Shown one piece after another: positions 12,301 through 21,359 of a stretch of 64,000 nt of DNA (its first letter is position 1; every line of letters starts with the position of its first letter). Both the position numbers and the translations under genes were made by a program. The notes beneath the pieces were generated by a model. The model was not told the origin of the DNA. It did not search any database and was given only the letters and a program-made list of their open reading frames with translations. This DNA is from a virus. Taxonomy: Duplodnaviria > Caudoviricetes. The stretch is taken from IMG/VR virus record IMGVR_UViG_3300032227_001172, positions 64,001-128,000 of that record; one strand, written 5' to 3'.

Positions 12301-13320
12301 TATTGTCTGATAGGGATCGATTAATAAGCCAGTATCTCTACGCAAGGGCGTTTTAGCTACAATAGCTCCGTATGGATTAAATTGATTTTGTTGTCTATTT
12401 ATACTATTTAATAGAGTTACAATAGCATCATAAACTAATCCGGCAGAAATACCTCGATCTGGCACATATCCACTATTACCAAAACCTTGGCTTTCTAGCC
12501 AACCAAAAATATTAAATACATTAGGAATATTACCCTGATAAATACTACCTTTATAACTATCAGGATTATATAAATTATATGTTCTATCAACTGGTATATC
12601 AGTATCTCCATATGGAACAGCTAATGGTTGTCCATTCTCTAAAGCATCCTCTGTATTACCTATGACAGTACTAATACTTCCATAGTATTTTTGTAAAATT
12701 AATACACAGCCCTTAAGCAACGAACTAAAGCCATTGATTTCTACTGTATATTTACCATTATTATATTTCCAATTTTTGATCATGCCACCGAACCAAACAT
12801 CTGCATAACGAAAAAACGTAGGACATCCAATAATATCGAAATCGGCATCTCCTAAATAATGATTTTTATTACCTAAGAATCCAGGATCATAGCTCAACCA
12901 ATCTAAAGCATTGGCTGAGATATCAAAAGTTTTCCAGCATTTTTTACCAGTATTTTTTAAATTAGTATTATTTTGAGTCAAAATATCATCGTATCCTGAA
13001 TTTTGCCATTTTTGATATTCTTTTGACACAATAGTTCTTTGTAGATTCTTTCTTGTGTCATTGGTGCCCATAAATGCTCTAGATTGAGTATCCTGAGTTG
13101 CTCCATCATTGTTGTGTAAACTAGTGATGGACGTGTCCATAGTGTTAAATACTGGATCAGAAGGATGAGCCGAATAATCTGTTGCTAAATTTACAGTACA
13201 ACTACTAGTCTCTCCTCCCCAACCCATATTCATACTAAAATCTACAACACTACACCCTAAATATAATGTTTGAGAAAATGGTCCTACTGCTTGATAAGCA
13301 TAATTACATGGTGTAGTCAT
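9397..13320 (-). CDS. Probable tail tip/baseplate hub protein (1307 aa)
   Basis: SD AGGA. Hub-like N-terminus (LGCSVVDFSMNMGWGGETSSCTVNL; FGGMIKNW...YTVEI), central 'LISFIDFCCENAGYEF', C-terminal beta-hairpin SINVSIGANGITTRYEM followed by a helix; located downstream of TMP and distal-tail-like genes. Confidence 0.6.
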   Translation of the reverse strand: MTTPCNYAYQAVGPFSQTLYLGCSVVDFSMNMGWGGETSSCTVNLATDYSAHPSDPVFNTMDTSITSLHNNDGATQDTQSRAFMGTNDTRKNLQRTIVSKEYQKWQNSGYDDILTQNNTNLKNTGKKCWKTFDISANALDWLSYDPGFLGNKNHYLGDADFDIIGCPTFFRYADVWFGGMIKNWKYNNGKYTVEINGFSSLLKGCVLILQKYYGSISTVIGNTEDALENGQPLAVPYGDTDIPVDRTYNLYNPDSYKGSIYQGNIPNVFNIFGWLESQGFGNSGYVPDRGISAGLVYDAIVTLLNSINRQQNQFNPYGAIVAKTPLRRDTGLLIDPYQTIYAETTGPNGMPRPTSPAIAFTALGLIRCPIAVDELPRSLLRLDLSNVPRPPNNMYLNNDTMDLISFIDFCCENAGYEFVLDFEPDLVSSNYSGCIIVRTISRRIQALPNTIKDFILNFTAADKVVDYNFGEEYNDTKTRSILVGGPQQRLHQFTSHTYSRFRHAKIFEPMLNHFVDTASVMNEAYQRAGNSNNTYRMPDHNNQRPFDGATWKSDYSGSVTAQTNSDFWTYTEQSPYGQMNINRGSYFKIKKPILNTGSSINLNNSYPLYKDIISPYFGKSNNGEVRRVYFDNKTREMQLVIDFRDIQSLFPTSYDINNGNWSSAGQSVQMYYPGQISFSPWNLLGTPTGGDVGYGKFVITESEIRHAMGSDDGVGDDPFSTWWNYHLVRASYNYPTALSRIIYDYWARAFFPPFAAAIFKTGLAYDKYANYAGFVNTMRYMGVIFPNRRWDDPSGQLIHNLTSQQYYEAHSDCQKLLRSIHGFVKSLGDQYYGKAYAVRMPSINWYVDNTGKTRFNYEVCDGAWEEAGNTIDDTVQVGSQIATSFADEQGKFGPMLAFDNMAEYFKPFTDLPVGYQKFNDLSNLQRSYMAIQANLDTAAGRNNWYFPLVHQLPENSFAMIPYASFQSPMPQGMSQIVFSPFPAGVTAHGFSPNSDQKYKLYVKSSIANENPDNIDNPHLLLVEGTPRVVLKTPSPVQIKQHLNANIEEIVCWALFGDESPAELDSVVSPLGGTMGSARASSGRSNQILLDLYMNLVNSSRLDLGTSSSIANRAAMPVFAAIPIKNNLMCYGPWVSHPGIIKNIVFPGLRENNLDIAMVNNLAGGVDVQIDDSLVPWEYGGMLALDAAALKKVAENNNFQQVLEYGSLTLAGIQLSNTRLGYRLFAGDYSPIVTSINVSIGANGITTRYEMRAFSRKLGFFNKEQADNIQKTSREFIKNYQRAYQNSAKLLNRVLMYSKPSTKLFTFS

Positions 13321-13338
13321 AGTCTATCCTATAATATC

Positions 13339-14991
13339 TTAATAATCTGGACATTTAGTATAATTCCAACTTTTAGTACACACAATTTTATTCTCTGTTA
13401 AAAAAATTTGTTGACTATCTTCTTGAAGATTGCCAGTAAAAGGAGGTAATGGCTGATATGATAATAATGTATTATCTATAGCATTAATAATTCCTTGAGG
13501 AAAACTATAACCCTTTAAACCGGTTTCACGAGGAAAAACGGCCTCATAAGACACTGTCCTATTTCCTATACCACTGCTACCATAATATTCATACACTAAT
13601 GGACCCAATCTTCTGCCTAAAATTTGAATTTCTTGTACTCTTATAGACGGTAATTTTTCTGTAAAAGAAAACGTTTCTGATATTGCCCCTGTCATTATAG
13701 ATAATGGTCTAGAGTCGTATTCTGCTTGGTATGTGATTTTACCTTCAAATGGATATAAAGACTCTGTTAGAGATAATGGCAATGGATTTAATGGTCTAGT
13801 TTTATAATTACCGAAATAATTTTGTCCATCCCAATCAGAGGATATTAAATTAGTTGTGCTAGTATTATATGCTAATGCTCTATTAAATATATTAGAACGA
13901 ACTATATTATATCCACTAACAGCATTCATATATTTACTCTTTCCCATAGCCAGATTCGAACCCCCAATATTATAAGTAAATAAATTAGTTTTACCATTAT
14001 CTGCAGCATAACCATTTATTCCAGTAATTGCTGGATAAATATCTAATTTTCCACTAGTGCTATTAGGCACACCATTAGTAGTAGAAATATCAATATTTCT
14101 AGAATCATAAATACCAGTAGCCGGCTCTAAACCTTGTATAAAACCATTAATAGAAATTGTGCGATTAAATTGATAATCAATAGCAGTTGTAATAGAATAA
14201 TTATCTATCCACGGATATCCGCTTTTAGCAATAAAACTATCTGTAATAGTATAACTTCCTCCAGGTTCATCTACAGAAATTTCTCTTTCTTGGTTATACA
14301 ATAGGAAGTCGGACGTTCTAAACATACCAGTTAATGGTGCCGCTGCTTGTCTATCGATTACCCATTGTTTAGCATGATATAATGCTCCGCTAGTGGAAGT
14401 AATACGTTTTCCTACGGCGCCAATGGTTCTTGTTAATTTATAAACTGGAATATATTTATCTTGATATAAATATTTATCATTATCTATCAGCTGTAAATTA
14501 TATGTATCTGTAACACTAGTAACATAATGTCCACCATCTTTTGTTAAATAACTACCACTACCAGAAGAATAAACCTTTAAAACTATACTATAGTCTATAC
14601 TATTTCTCCAATTATTTTCATTTTCTTTAAAAGAAATAGAATCTATAATAGCAGTATCATTAATCAAATAATTATCAGATTGCCGGTTAATTAAATATAT
14701 TTTTAAACCACTATGATTATTTTGTAATATTTTGTCATGTAAACCACTAGCTAATAGAAATAATCCATTGACTGTAGTATCTTTTTGAGATGCTGTGGGC
14801 GCAGATGTTTGATTTTGCACCGTTTTTCTTGCAGCATAGCACATACCATCAAGAGTAATAGTCTTTTCAGACATTAAATAGTCGCCAGCTGGCGTGCGCA
14901 CCTGATTCGTGCTTACGGACAGATTAGGGGTGGGATAACCACTTGCCGATAAAAAGTCAAAATTGCCATAACTAATACGTATGTCTGCCAT
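13339..14991 (-). CDS. Distal-tail-like structural protein, paralog of 14993..16735 (550 aa)
   Basis: Colinear similarity with the upstream neighbour over the whole length; beta-rich; position between TMP and hub. Confidence 0.55.
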   Translation of the reverse strand: MADIRISYGNFDFLSASGYPTPNLSVSTNQVRTPAGDYLMSEKTITLDGMCYAARKTVQNQTSAPTASQKDTTVNGLFLLASGLHDKILQNNHSGLKIYLINRQSDNYLINDTAIIDSISFKENENNWRNSIDYSIVLKVYSSGSGSYLTKDGGHYVTSVTDTYNLQLIDNDKYLYQDKYIPVYKLTRTIGAVGKRITSTSGALYHAKQWVIDRQAAAPLTGMFRTSDFLLYNQEREISVDEPGGSYTITDSFIAKSGYPWIDNYSITTAIDYQFNRTISINGFIQGLEPATGIYDSRNIDISTTNGVPNSTSGKLDIYPAITGINGYAADNGKTNLFTYNIGGSNLAMGKSKYMNAVSGYNIVRSNIFNRALAYNTSTTNLISSDWDGQNYFGNYKTRPLNPLPLSLTESLYPFEGKITYQAEYDSRPLSIMTGAISETFSFTEKLPSIRVQEIQILGRRLGPLVYEYYGSSGIGNRTVSYEAVFPRETGLKGYSFPQGIINAIDNTLLSYQPLPPFTGNLQEDSQQIFLTENKIVCTKSWNYTKCPDY

Positions 14992-14992
14992 T

Positions 14993-16735
14993 TTAAAGCC
15001 TTGTTCTATGCCAGTATCTTAATTCATAATTCCATGTTAAGTTTTTTGTAAAAGATCCTCTAAGAGGATCGAAATTTTCCGTTTGATCTCTTATCCAACT
15101 ATAATAGTAGTATCTGCCTCTTAAGGCTAAGGGAACAGATGCTGGATTTAATTTATTAGGATTAAACTCTTCTATAATATCATTAATTTTATTAATAATA
15201 TTGATATTTAAATAAGAAAAAGATCCTTGAGGTATAAATGTTGCAGAGTACGTTACAGTTCTGCTGGGTAATGAGTATGTTCCTAAATCTTGTAATAATG
15301 GCATTCGGCCAAAAACTACTTGTGATGCATATTGTCTGGTAGCAAAATCATCTTTAACATCTAAACTTTCATTAAAAGCTCCAGGTATTAAATTTAATGG
15401 TCTGGCATCAAACGTAAAAGTATAGTCTATAGCACCTTCTGGGATTTTATGATCTATATTAACATTTATAGGCGTTGGATTTAACCATCCGCTTAGATTT
15501 CGAAATAAAGGCTGAGTAGAATTTTCTAGACTTAATCGATAAGTATTGATAAAACCACCACTAGGAAATATACTAGATACACAACGATGGTATGGTATTT
15601 TTTGAACCATAAATTGATCTAAAAATCCACTAGCAGCTCTGTAAGCAGCTAAACTATCTGATGTATATGTTGAAAATAAATATTTAGATTTCATATTAGT
15701 GTTGTCAGCATTAAAAATATCCCAATATAAACCACTATTAGTAGTATCCACAGTTTTTAATCCTTGGATACTTCCTTGTATGGTTACTGTTCTAGCAAAA
15801 TTATTATCTACAGAATTTTGAATATTAAAAACTTCACTAAAAGGTTGGGGTGGTCTACCGCTATATGCTGTGAATGTATCAGTAATACCATAACGACCAT
15901 CTATATCACTAGCATCAATAACTGTTGATCTATCATATATAGTTAGATTATTTAAAATAGTATAAATACTATTATCATAAAATAATAATCCAGTAACGAA
16001 CGATTTAGCATTTTGTAAAGCTGTGCTTCGTGGATTTGAGGTATTGGGCTTGGTAGCCCTACCAGTAGCCCCTAATCTTCTGGTAATAGTATAGCCAGGA
16101 TATCTGTCTCCTGTAGCATATGGAAAATACGTGCCACTAAAAGAATTACTAAAATTAGCACCAACACTAGTTGGATCTGACATGTAGTAATTATTATCTG
16201 TTAATGGCGTAATAGTATAATTATTTTCAATAGTAGATACATAATATGGTTCTCTAGCCAGTTTAGGTATATAGCCTATAGCTCCTGTGGTATCTACTTC
16301 TAAATCAATAGTATAATCAATAACCTGTGACCAATTATTATCGGAACCATTACTAAATTCTATTCTATTAACTCTACTACTTTTAGGATTTATATTATTG
16401 CTATGAAAATTCCAAATATCATTATTATTACATTGTATTTTAAGTTCTTCATAATCAGAACTAAAACCACTTTCAATAATTTTTATTTGTTGAATTAATG
16501 TATTCCAAGACGTATCAATATTTAGAGTTTGTAATTGAGATCTACTATAATTTGTATTATCATTTAATGGCTTATCTCCGGTAGCAATAATTCTACCATT
16601 TAATGAGATATTCAATGTATTACCCAGTAACGCACCAGCATCTGTGGTGGCCAAATTAGTATTAATAGATATTGTGGGTATACTTAAATTATTTGCCTGG
16701 AAACTAAAATTTCCATACTTAATATCCGTAGCCAT
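14993..16735 (-). CDS. Distal-tail-like structural protein, paralog of 13339..14991 (580 aa)
   Basis: SD AAGGA; MATDIKYGNFSF vs MADIRISYGNFDF; shared motifs throughout; 1-nt gap to the next gene. Confidence 0.55.
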   Translation of the reverse strand: MATDIKYGNFSFQANNLSIPTISINTNLATTDAGALLGNTLNISLNGRIIATGDKPLNDNTNYSRSQLQTLNIDTSWNTLIQQIKIIESGFSSDYEELKIQCNNNDIWNFHSNNINPKSSRVNRIEFSNGSDNNWSQVIDYTIDLEVDTTGAIGYIPKLAREPYYVSTIENNYTITPLTDNNYYMSDPTSVGANFSNSFSGTYFPYATGDRYPGYTITRRLGATGRATKPNTSNPRSTALQNAKSFVTGLLFYDNSIYTILNNLTIYDRSTVIDASDIDGRYGITDTFTAYSGRPPQPFSEVFNIQNSVDNNFARTVTIQGSIQGLKTVDTTNSGLYWDIFNADNTNMKSKYLFSTYTSDSLAAYRAASGFLDQFMVQKIPYHRCVSSIFPSGGFINTYRLSLENSTQPLFRNLSGWLNPTPINVNIDHKIPEGAIDYTFTFDARPLNLIPGAFNESLDVKDDFATRQYASQVVFGRMPLLQDLGTYSLPSRTVTYSATFIPQGSFSYLNINIINKINDIIEEFNPNKLNPASVPLALRGRYYYYSWIRDQTENFDPLRGSFTKNLTWNYELRYWHRTRL

Positions 16736-16748
16736 GTATATTCCTTAA

Positions 16749-19700
16749 TTATGTGTCAGAATTTCCAAAATTTACTCCAGAAGGCATAAACACTTGATTG
16801 ATATCAACTGTCACTGACCATAAGCCATTGTAAGAAGGTCTGCCGTTGGCGATAATGGCTAGTCTTTGAACATTAGCATTATCTCCAGCATTTTCTATCC
16901 TAACAGTAATAGGATCAGTAGAGCTATAATCTACCCCAGTATATCTCTTTTGTGGATGACTCTCAGAACCAAGCTTAGTAGTAGTACGACTACCATCACT
17001 ATTTCTATAGCTTAATACTGCTCCGTTTACTTCTCCAGCCACAGCACCAAAACCATTAGCGGTATTATTATTGAATATAGCACTATAATTAATAGTGTAA
17101 TTCCAAACCAAACTTCTATTATGATCAGTAGCCGCTCCACTATTGTCTTCTGTAGTATATTGCAAACTAATCGTATTATTAATAGCAGCAGTTGTTGATG
17201 TATCTTTATGCCAGTTAGATAATAATTCACTAGGATTATCTGCTAATGTTCTACCTCTAAGATAGAATTGATTCAATTGAGATGATCCTCTCATACGATC
17301 AAAATTAGCATTACCCGGACTAGCAAAACCGCCACCGCCAAATACATGATTATTGTAACACGAATTAAGACTAAGAGCATTTCCAAATTCTAAACCGGCA
17401 GTAGCATCGGTACTACCACCATCAGCTGGTTGTACTAAACGTACGCCTCTAGCCTGAACCCATTTAGAACCATCCCATGCTAGAATTAATCCATTATCAG
17501 TAGAACCTAAAGTAACCTGATTGGCATTCCTTGTATCCAAACGAACGGTAACTATTTCGTTTTGACTATCTGTTGTAACTCTGAGAGGATGAATACCACT
17601 AAATTGATATGACAAATCAATAGTGTCTAATCCAACATTACCAGCAGCATCTGTAATCTTTAAATATTTATTAACAGAATTATCACCAGCTAAATCTTTG
17701 CCTCCAGCCGATAATTGTAGCGAAGATATTCTGAGTTTACCATCCACCACTAATTTACCAGCTTCGTACCAATATTTTGTATCTGATGTAGAAGATACTT
17801 TCCAATTATTATCTACCGTATCTACATTAATACCGAATGACCCAGTATTAGCATCGTACTGCAAGCCCTTTTTTGTCCCAGCTTGTCCACTACTAACAAC
17901 AATAAATCGATTGCCTCCAATACCAGCATTATTAAATACAGTATTAACACCATTACTAGAACCAAGAATAATATTGTTGTATGTATTAGATGCGCCTTGC
18001 ACTAATGAAACATTGGCCTGTAATGGTGGTTCGCCAGTAGTGCCTATGGTAACGGCTTGAGAATCTGCATAATATCGTAAAGCATTATTTCCAGTAGAAG
18101 CATAATTACTGCTATTAAACAATAAAGAATGTCTATCAAAAGATTGACTCACTAAATTACCAATATTATTGACTCTTAATACTGTTCCTGTTAAATTCAC
18201 AGGTAAATTCACACCATCAACAATTTTCATCTGTTTGAAAATACCAGAAACACCAGTTACGTTATGAATACGAATAGCATTATCTTTAACTTCTGTCTTG
18301 ATCAAATAAATACTATTATCTCCATTTACTTCATCCTGAATACCACTTCCCTTTAATACAAACTGATACCCCCAATCACTAGCTACATTATTTAGATATA
18401 ATCCAGATTGATTGATAATTAAAGCTTTTTCTTCAACTGAGCCAGCAATCAAATTAAAATCATTCTGTAAATCTCTATCCGCTCTGAGATAAGAAAGTTC
18501 TTTTGTTCCAGTATTAAAGATTAATTCTCTAACACCGCTACCAACATCTTGATTCACCATAAACAACAAGCCACTATTTTGTCCAGACAGATTTACTGGT
18601 AAATCCCATGTGGCGTTACCATTAGCGTCAGCATGAAGTGTATAACCGGCAACTGTTCCAAGTCCAACTCTTAGATTACGTGTAGTTAATACTCCGCTAA
18701 CGTCTAATGTTGATCTTGGATTTGTAGTATTAATACCCACTTCATTATTAGATAAATCTAAATAAAGTACTCTACTATCATTACCATTACCAGGAGCAGC
18801 ACTATTGAAATATACATTTGTTTGATAAAGACCAGTATTAAAAATAATTGCATCATTATTAAATACTAATTTATTTCTGTTATTAGTACCAATTTGTACA
18901 GCGTTGTTAAAGTAACCACTGATATTATTGCCGATAACTAGATGATTAACGCCGGATATCGCGTTTCTATAACCAATGACCAACCCGCTACTATGAGTAT
19001 GCTTATTATTATCTCCTAAAATAATATTTGTATTACCATATCTAGGATTATTTACTAAATCGTCTTCGTCATTTCCATTTTGATATGCTAAAACATAACC
19101 TGATGAATATCCAGCAAACAAATTAGCAAAACATTCTGAACATGGATTTTGACCATGAATAATATCATCAAAAGTATTTTTAACATAATATTCAATAGTA
19201 TTAGTAGAAGATATTGTGCTATCTACTATTAGTGTAGTTGTAAAATTAGAACCTAAATTTTCTTTAATAACACCTAGTGGCTCTTCTGTAAGAGGATCTG
19301 TACCATCTAAAATAGATCTTATAAATACTGGCGTATCTTGTGAAGCAGGAGAGTATAGGCCTACTAAAACTCTATCTCCTCCATTAAAAGCTGTGATATC
19401 TCCTATTATTACAACATTAGTTCCAGACACCATACAAGGATATCTTACTAAACCAACAGTATTATTTTTACCATAAATTAAGTTATTAACACCATAAATT
19501 TCATTATCGAAACCTATACTCAAACCACTTACAACCACTTCATTATTACCTATAACAATATTGTTATTGCCAAAAATTTGATTGCGCTTAGTAGTAGAAG
19601 TATTAAAAGATATCGAAGAATTACCTAATATATCATTTTTAGCACCTATAGCGGTGTTGCTATCTCCAACAACAAAATTACTATTACCAAAATTTTGAAT

Positions 19701-21332
19701 ATCGTCTCCATTAAGGTTATTATAGGATCCTAAATTATTATTATCTAAACCTGATACTCTTATTTTATTACCAAAGACTAATGATCCACTAGCATTAGAA
19801 ACCCAGTTATTAATACCAAAAACTGTGGTATTAGCCATAGCAGTACCAGCAGTTTTTTGATCAGTACCGACAATGGTGCCATCTGTACTTATAACAATTC
19901 CGCTTGTATTGTTTAATACGCCTACTATAAGATTATTATTGCTGTTGGTTGGTACTCTATTTCTTGGGCCGATAACAATATTATTAGCTATAGTACCAGA
20001 TAGATTATTATCATTGCCTACAATTAAAGATTCTGTAATTTGCGATACGGTGTTATTTTGTCCAACAAGAACTAAACTATCTGGTGCAGCATTAAGGGTT
20101 GAATTATTAATACCAATTAGTATACTGTCGTTAAGTCCGCTTGTGGTTTTAACCCCTAAGCCAAGAATCATAGAATTTTTACTACCGGTTAAACTAATAG
20201 CATTACCAATATAAATACCAGTATTAATACTCTGTGGGTTATTATCTCTACCAATACTAATAACGCTGTTGCCACTCACATCAGAATTATTACCATATAC
20301 AATATTTTGTGAACCAGAAAGATTAATATTGGAACCTATGGCTATATCATTAGCTCCACTAATATTGATATTACTACCAATATATATATTATCACTTCCA
20401 ATAACAGATGCTCCAACACCGAAACCGATAACAGATTCGCCAGAAATATTAGCATCTGATGTTAAGCCAACAAAATTATTACCTTTAACTTTAGTATCTT
20501 GACCTATAATGATATTACGACTACCTGTTGTAGATATATCTGTACCAAATCCTATGTTGTATAAACCAGATATTTTAGAATCTAGTGCGAAAATAATATT
20601 ACGCATCCCAGACACTGTGGTACTATTAGCGAAAACTAAAATTTTGTCACCACTAGCTACAATATCATTACCAACAATAATTCCGGTATTATGAATAGTA
20701 TTATTACTATTGCCTAATATAATATAAGATAAACCGCTACTAGTATTATTGAATCCTAAAATATCATAAAAATGTCCGGTTGGACTATTTAAACCTCCCA
20801 ATACAGTATTAACTAAGCTAGACCTAAAAACTTCCTTATTAACACCAGTATGATCAACAGTAAAAATTAATTCGCCGCTAGTTTGTTGAGATGCTGGATT
20901 TAAAATTCTGCTTTTAATTTGTCCATAAGTAATTGTGCTATAATTAGTATCTCTTCCAGCTAAGTCTATAGTAACAGGATAACTACCAGTTTCTGGTGGA
21001 GTTTGTGAATTATGAACAAATAGAATTCTAACACCAGTAGCGCAATTACTTTCATTTTCAACTTTTAGTCCATCATATGCACAATCTGTAACAACATGCA
21101 GAGTAGCATCTGGATTGGTAACATTAATGCCTAGTCTGCCTTTGGAAGCATCAAAGTACATAACATCCCCAGCAACCATTCCAGATACAGCAAAGTCTAT
21201 ATTGGAACGATTTTGATTAAATATTGTAGGAGATCCAGAAGTATCTGATAGAATAATATCATATATATTTCCTGATCCTATATTTAGTGTTCCAGATACA
21301 ATATTATTGTTGTTATCAAATGTTGCTGACAT
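16749..21332 (-). CDS. Tail fibre with YadA-head-like beta-roll repeats (1527 aa)
   Basis: SD GGAGA. Dozens of ~14-aa N-x-I-I-G-x-N-N repeats (about aa 190-630). Fibre motifs RLGINVTNPDATLHV and VGINTTNPRSTLDVSG; GYTLHADANGNATW, KYLKITDAAGNV, GLILAWDGSKW shaft motifs. Confidence 0.8.
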   Translation of the reverse strand: MSATFDNNNNIVSGTLNIGSGNIYDIILSDTSGSPTIFNQNRSNIDFAVSGMVAGDVMYFDASKGRLGINVTNPDATLHVVTDCAYDGLKVENESNCATGVRILFVHNSQTPPETGSYPVTIDLAGRDTNYSTITYGQIKSRILNPASQQTSGELIFTVDHTGVNKEVFRSSLVNTVLGGLNSPTGHFYDILGFNNTSSGLSYIILGNSNNTIHNTGIIVGNDIVASGDKILVFANSTTVSGMRNIIFALDSKISGLYNIGFGTDISTTGSRNIIIGQDTKVKGNNFVGLTSDANISGESVIGFGVGASVIGSDNIYIGSNINISGANDIAIGSNINLSGSQNIVYGNNSDVSGNSVISIGRDNNPQSINTGIYIGNAISLTGSKNSMILGLGVKTTSGLNDSILIGINNSTLNAAPDSLVLVGQNNTVSQITESLIVGNDNNLSGTIANNIVIGPRNRVPTNSNNNLIVGVLNNTSGIVISTDGTIVGTDQKTAGTAMANTTVFGINNWVSNASGSLVFGNKIRVSGLDNNNLGSYNNLNGDDIQNFGNSNFVVGDSNTAIGAKNDILGNSSISFNTSTTKRNQIFGNNNIVIGNNEVVVSGLSIGFDNEIYGVNNLIYGKNNTVGLVRYPCMVSGTNVVIIGDITAFNGGDRVLVGLYSPASQDTPVFIRSILDGTDPLTEEPLGVIKENLGSNFTTTLIVDSTISSTNTIEYYVKNTFDDIIHGQNPCSECFANLFAGYSSGYVLAYQNGNDEDDLVNNPRYGNTNIILGDNNKHTHSSGLVIGYRNAISGVNHLVIGNNISGYFNNAVQIGTNNRNKLVFNNDAIIFNTGLYQTNVYFNSAAPGNGNDSRVLYLDLSNNEVGINTTNPRSTLDVSGVLTTRNLRVGLGTVAGYTLHADANGNATWDLPVNLSGQNSGLLFMVNQDVGSGVRELIFNTGTKELSYLRADRDLQNDFNLIAGSVEEKALIINQSGLYLNNVASDWGYQFVLKGSGIQDEVNGDNSIYLIKTEVKDNAIRIHNVTGVSGIFKQMKIVDGVNLPVNLTGTVLRVNNIGNLVSQSFDRHSLLFNSSNYASTGNNALRYYADSQAVTIGTTGEPPLQANVSLVQGASNTYNNIILGSSNGVNTVFNNAGIGGNRFIVVSSGQAGTKKGLQYDANTGSFGINVDTVDNNWKVSSTSDTKYWYEAGKLVVDGKLRISSLQLSAGGKDLAGDNSVNKYLKITDAAGNVGLDTIDLSYQFSGIHPLRVTTDSQNEIVTVRLDTRNANQVTLGSTDNGLILAWDGSKWVQARGVRLVQPADGGSTDATAGLEFGNALSLNSCYNNHVFGGGGFASPGNANFDRMRGSSQLNQFYLRGRTLADNPSELLSNWHKDTSTTAAINNTISLQYTTEDNSGAATDHNRSLVWNYTINYSAIFNNNTANGFGAVAGEVNGAVLSYRNSDGSRTTTKLGSESHPQKRYTGVDYSSTDPITVRIENAGDNANVQRLAIIANGRPSYNGLWSVTVDINQVFMPSGVNFGNSDT

Positions 21333-21359
21333 TTTAAAGAATCTCCATTAAGTTTTTAT

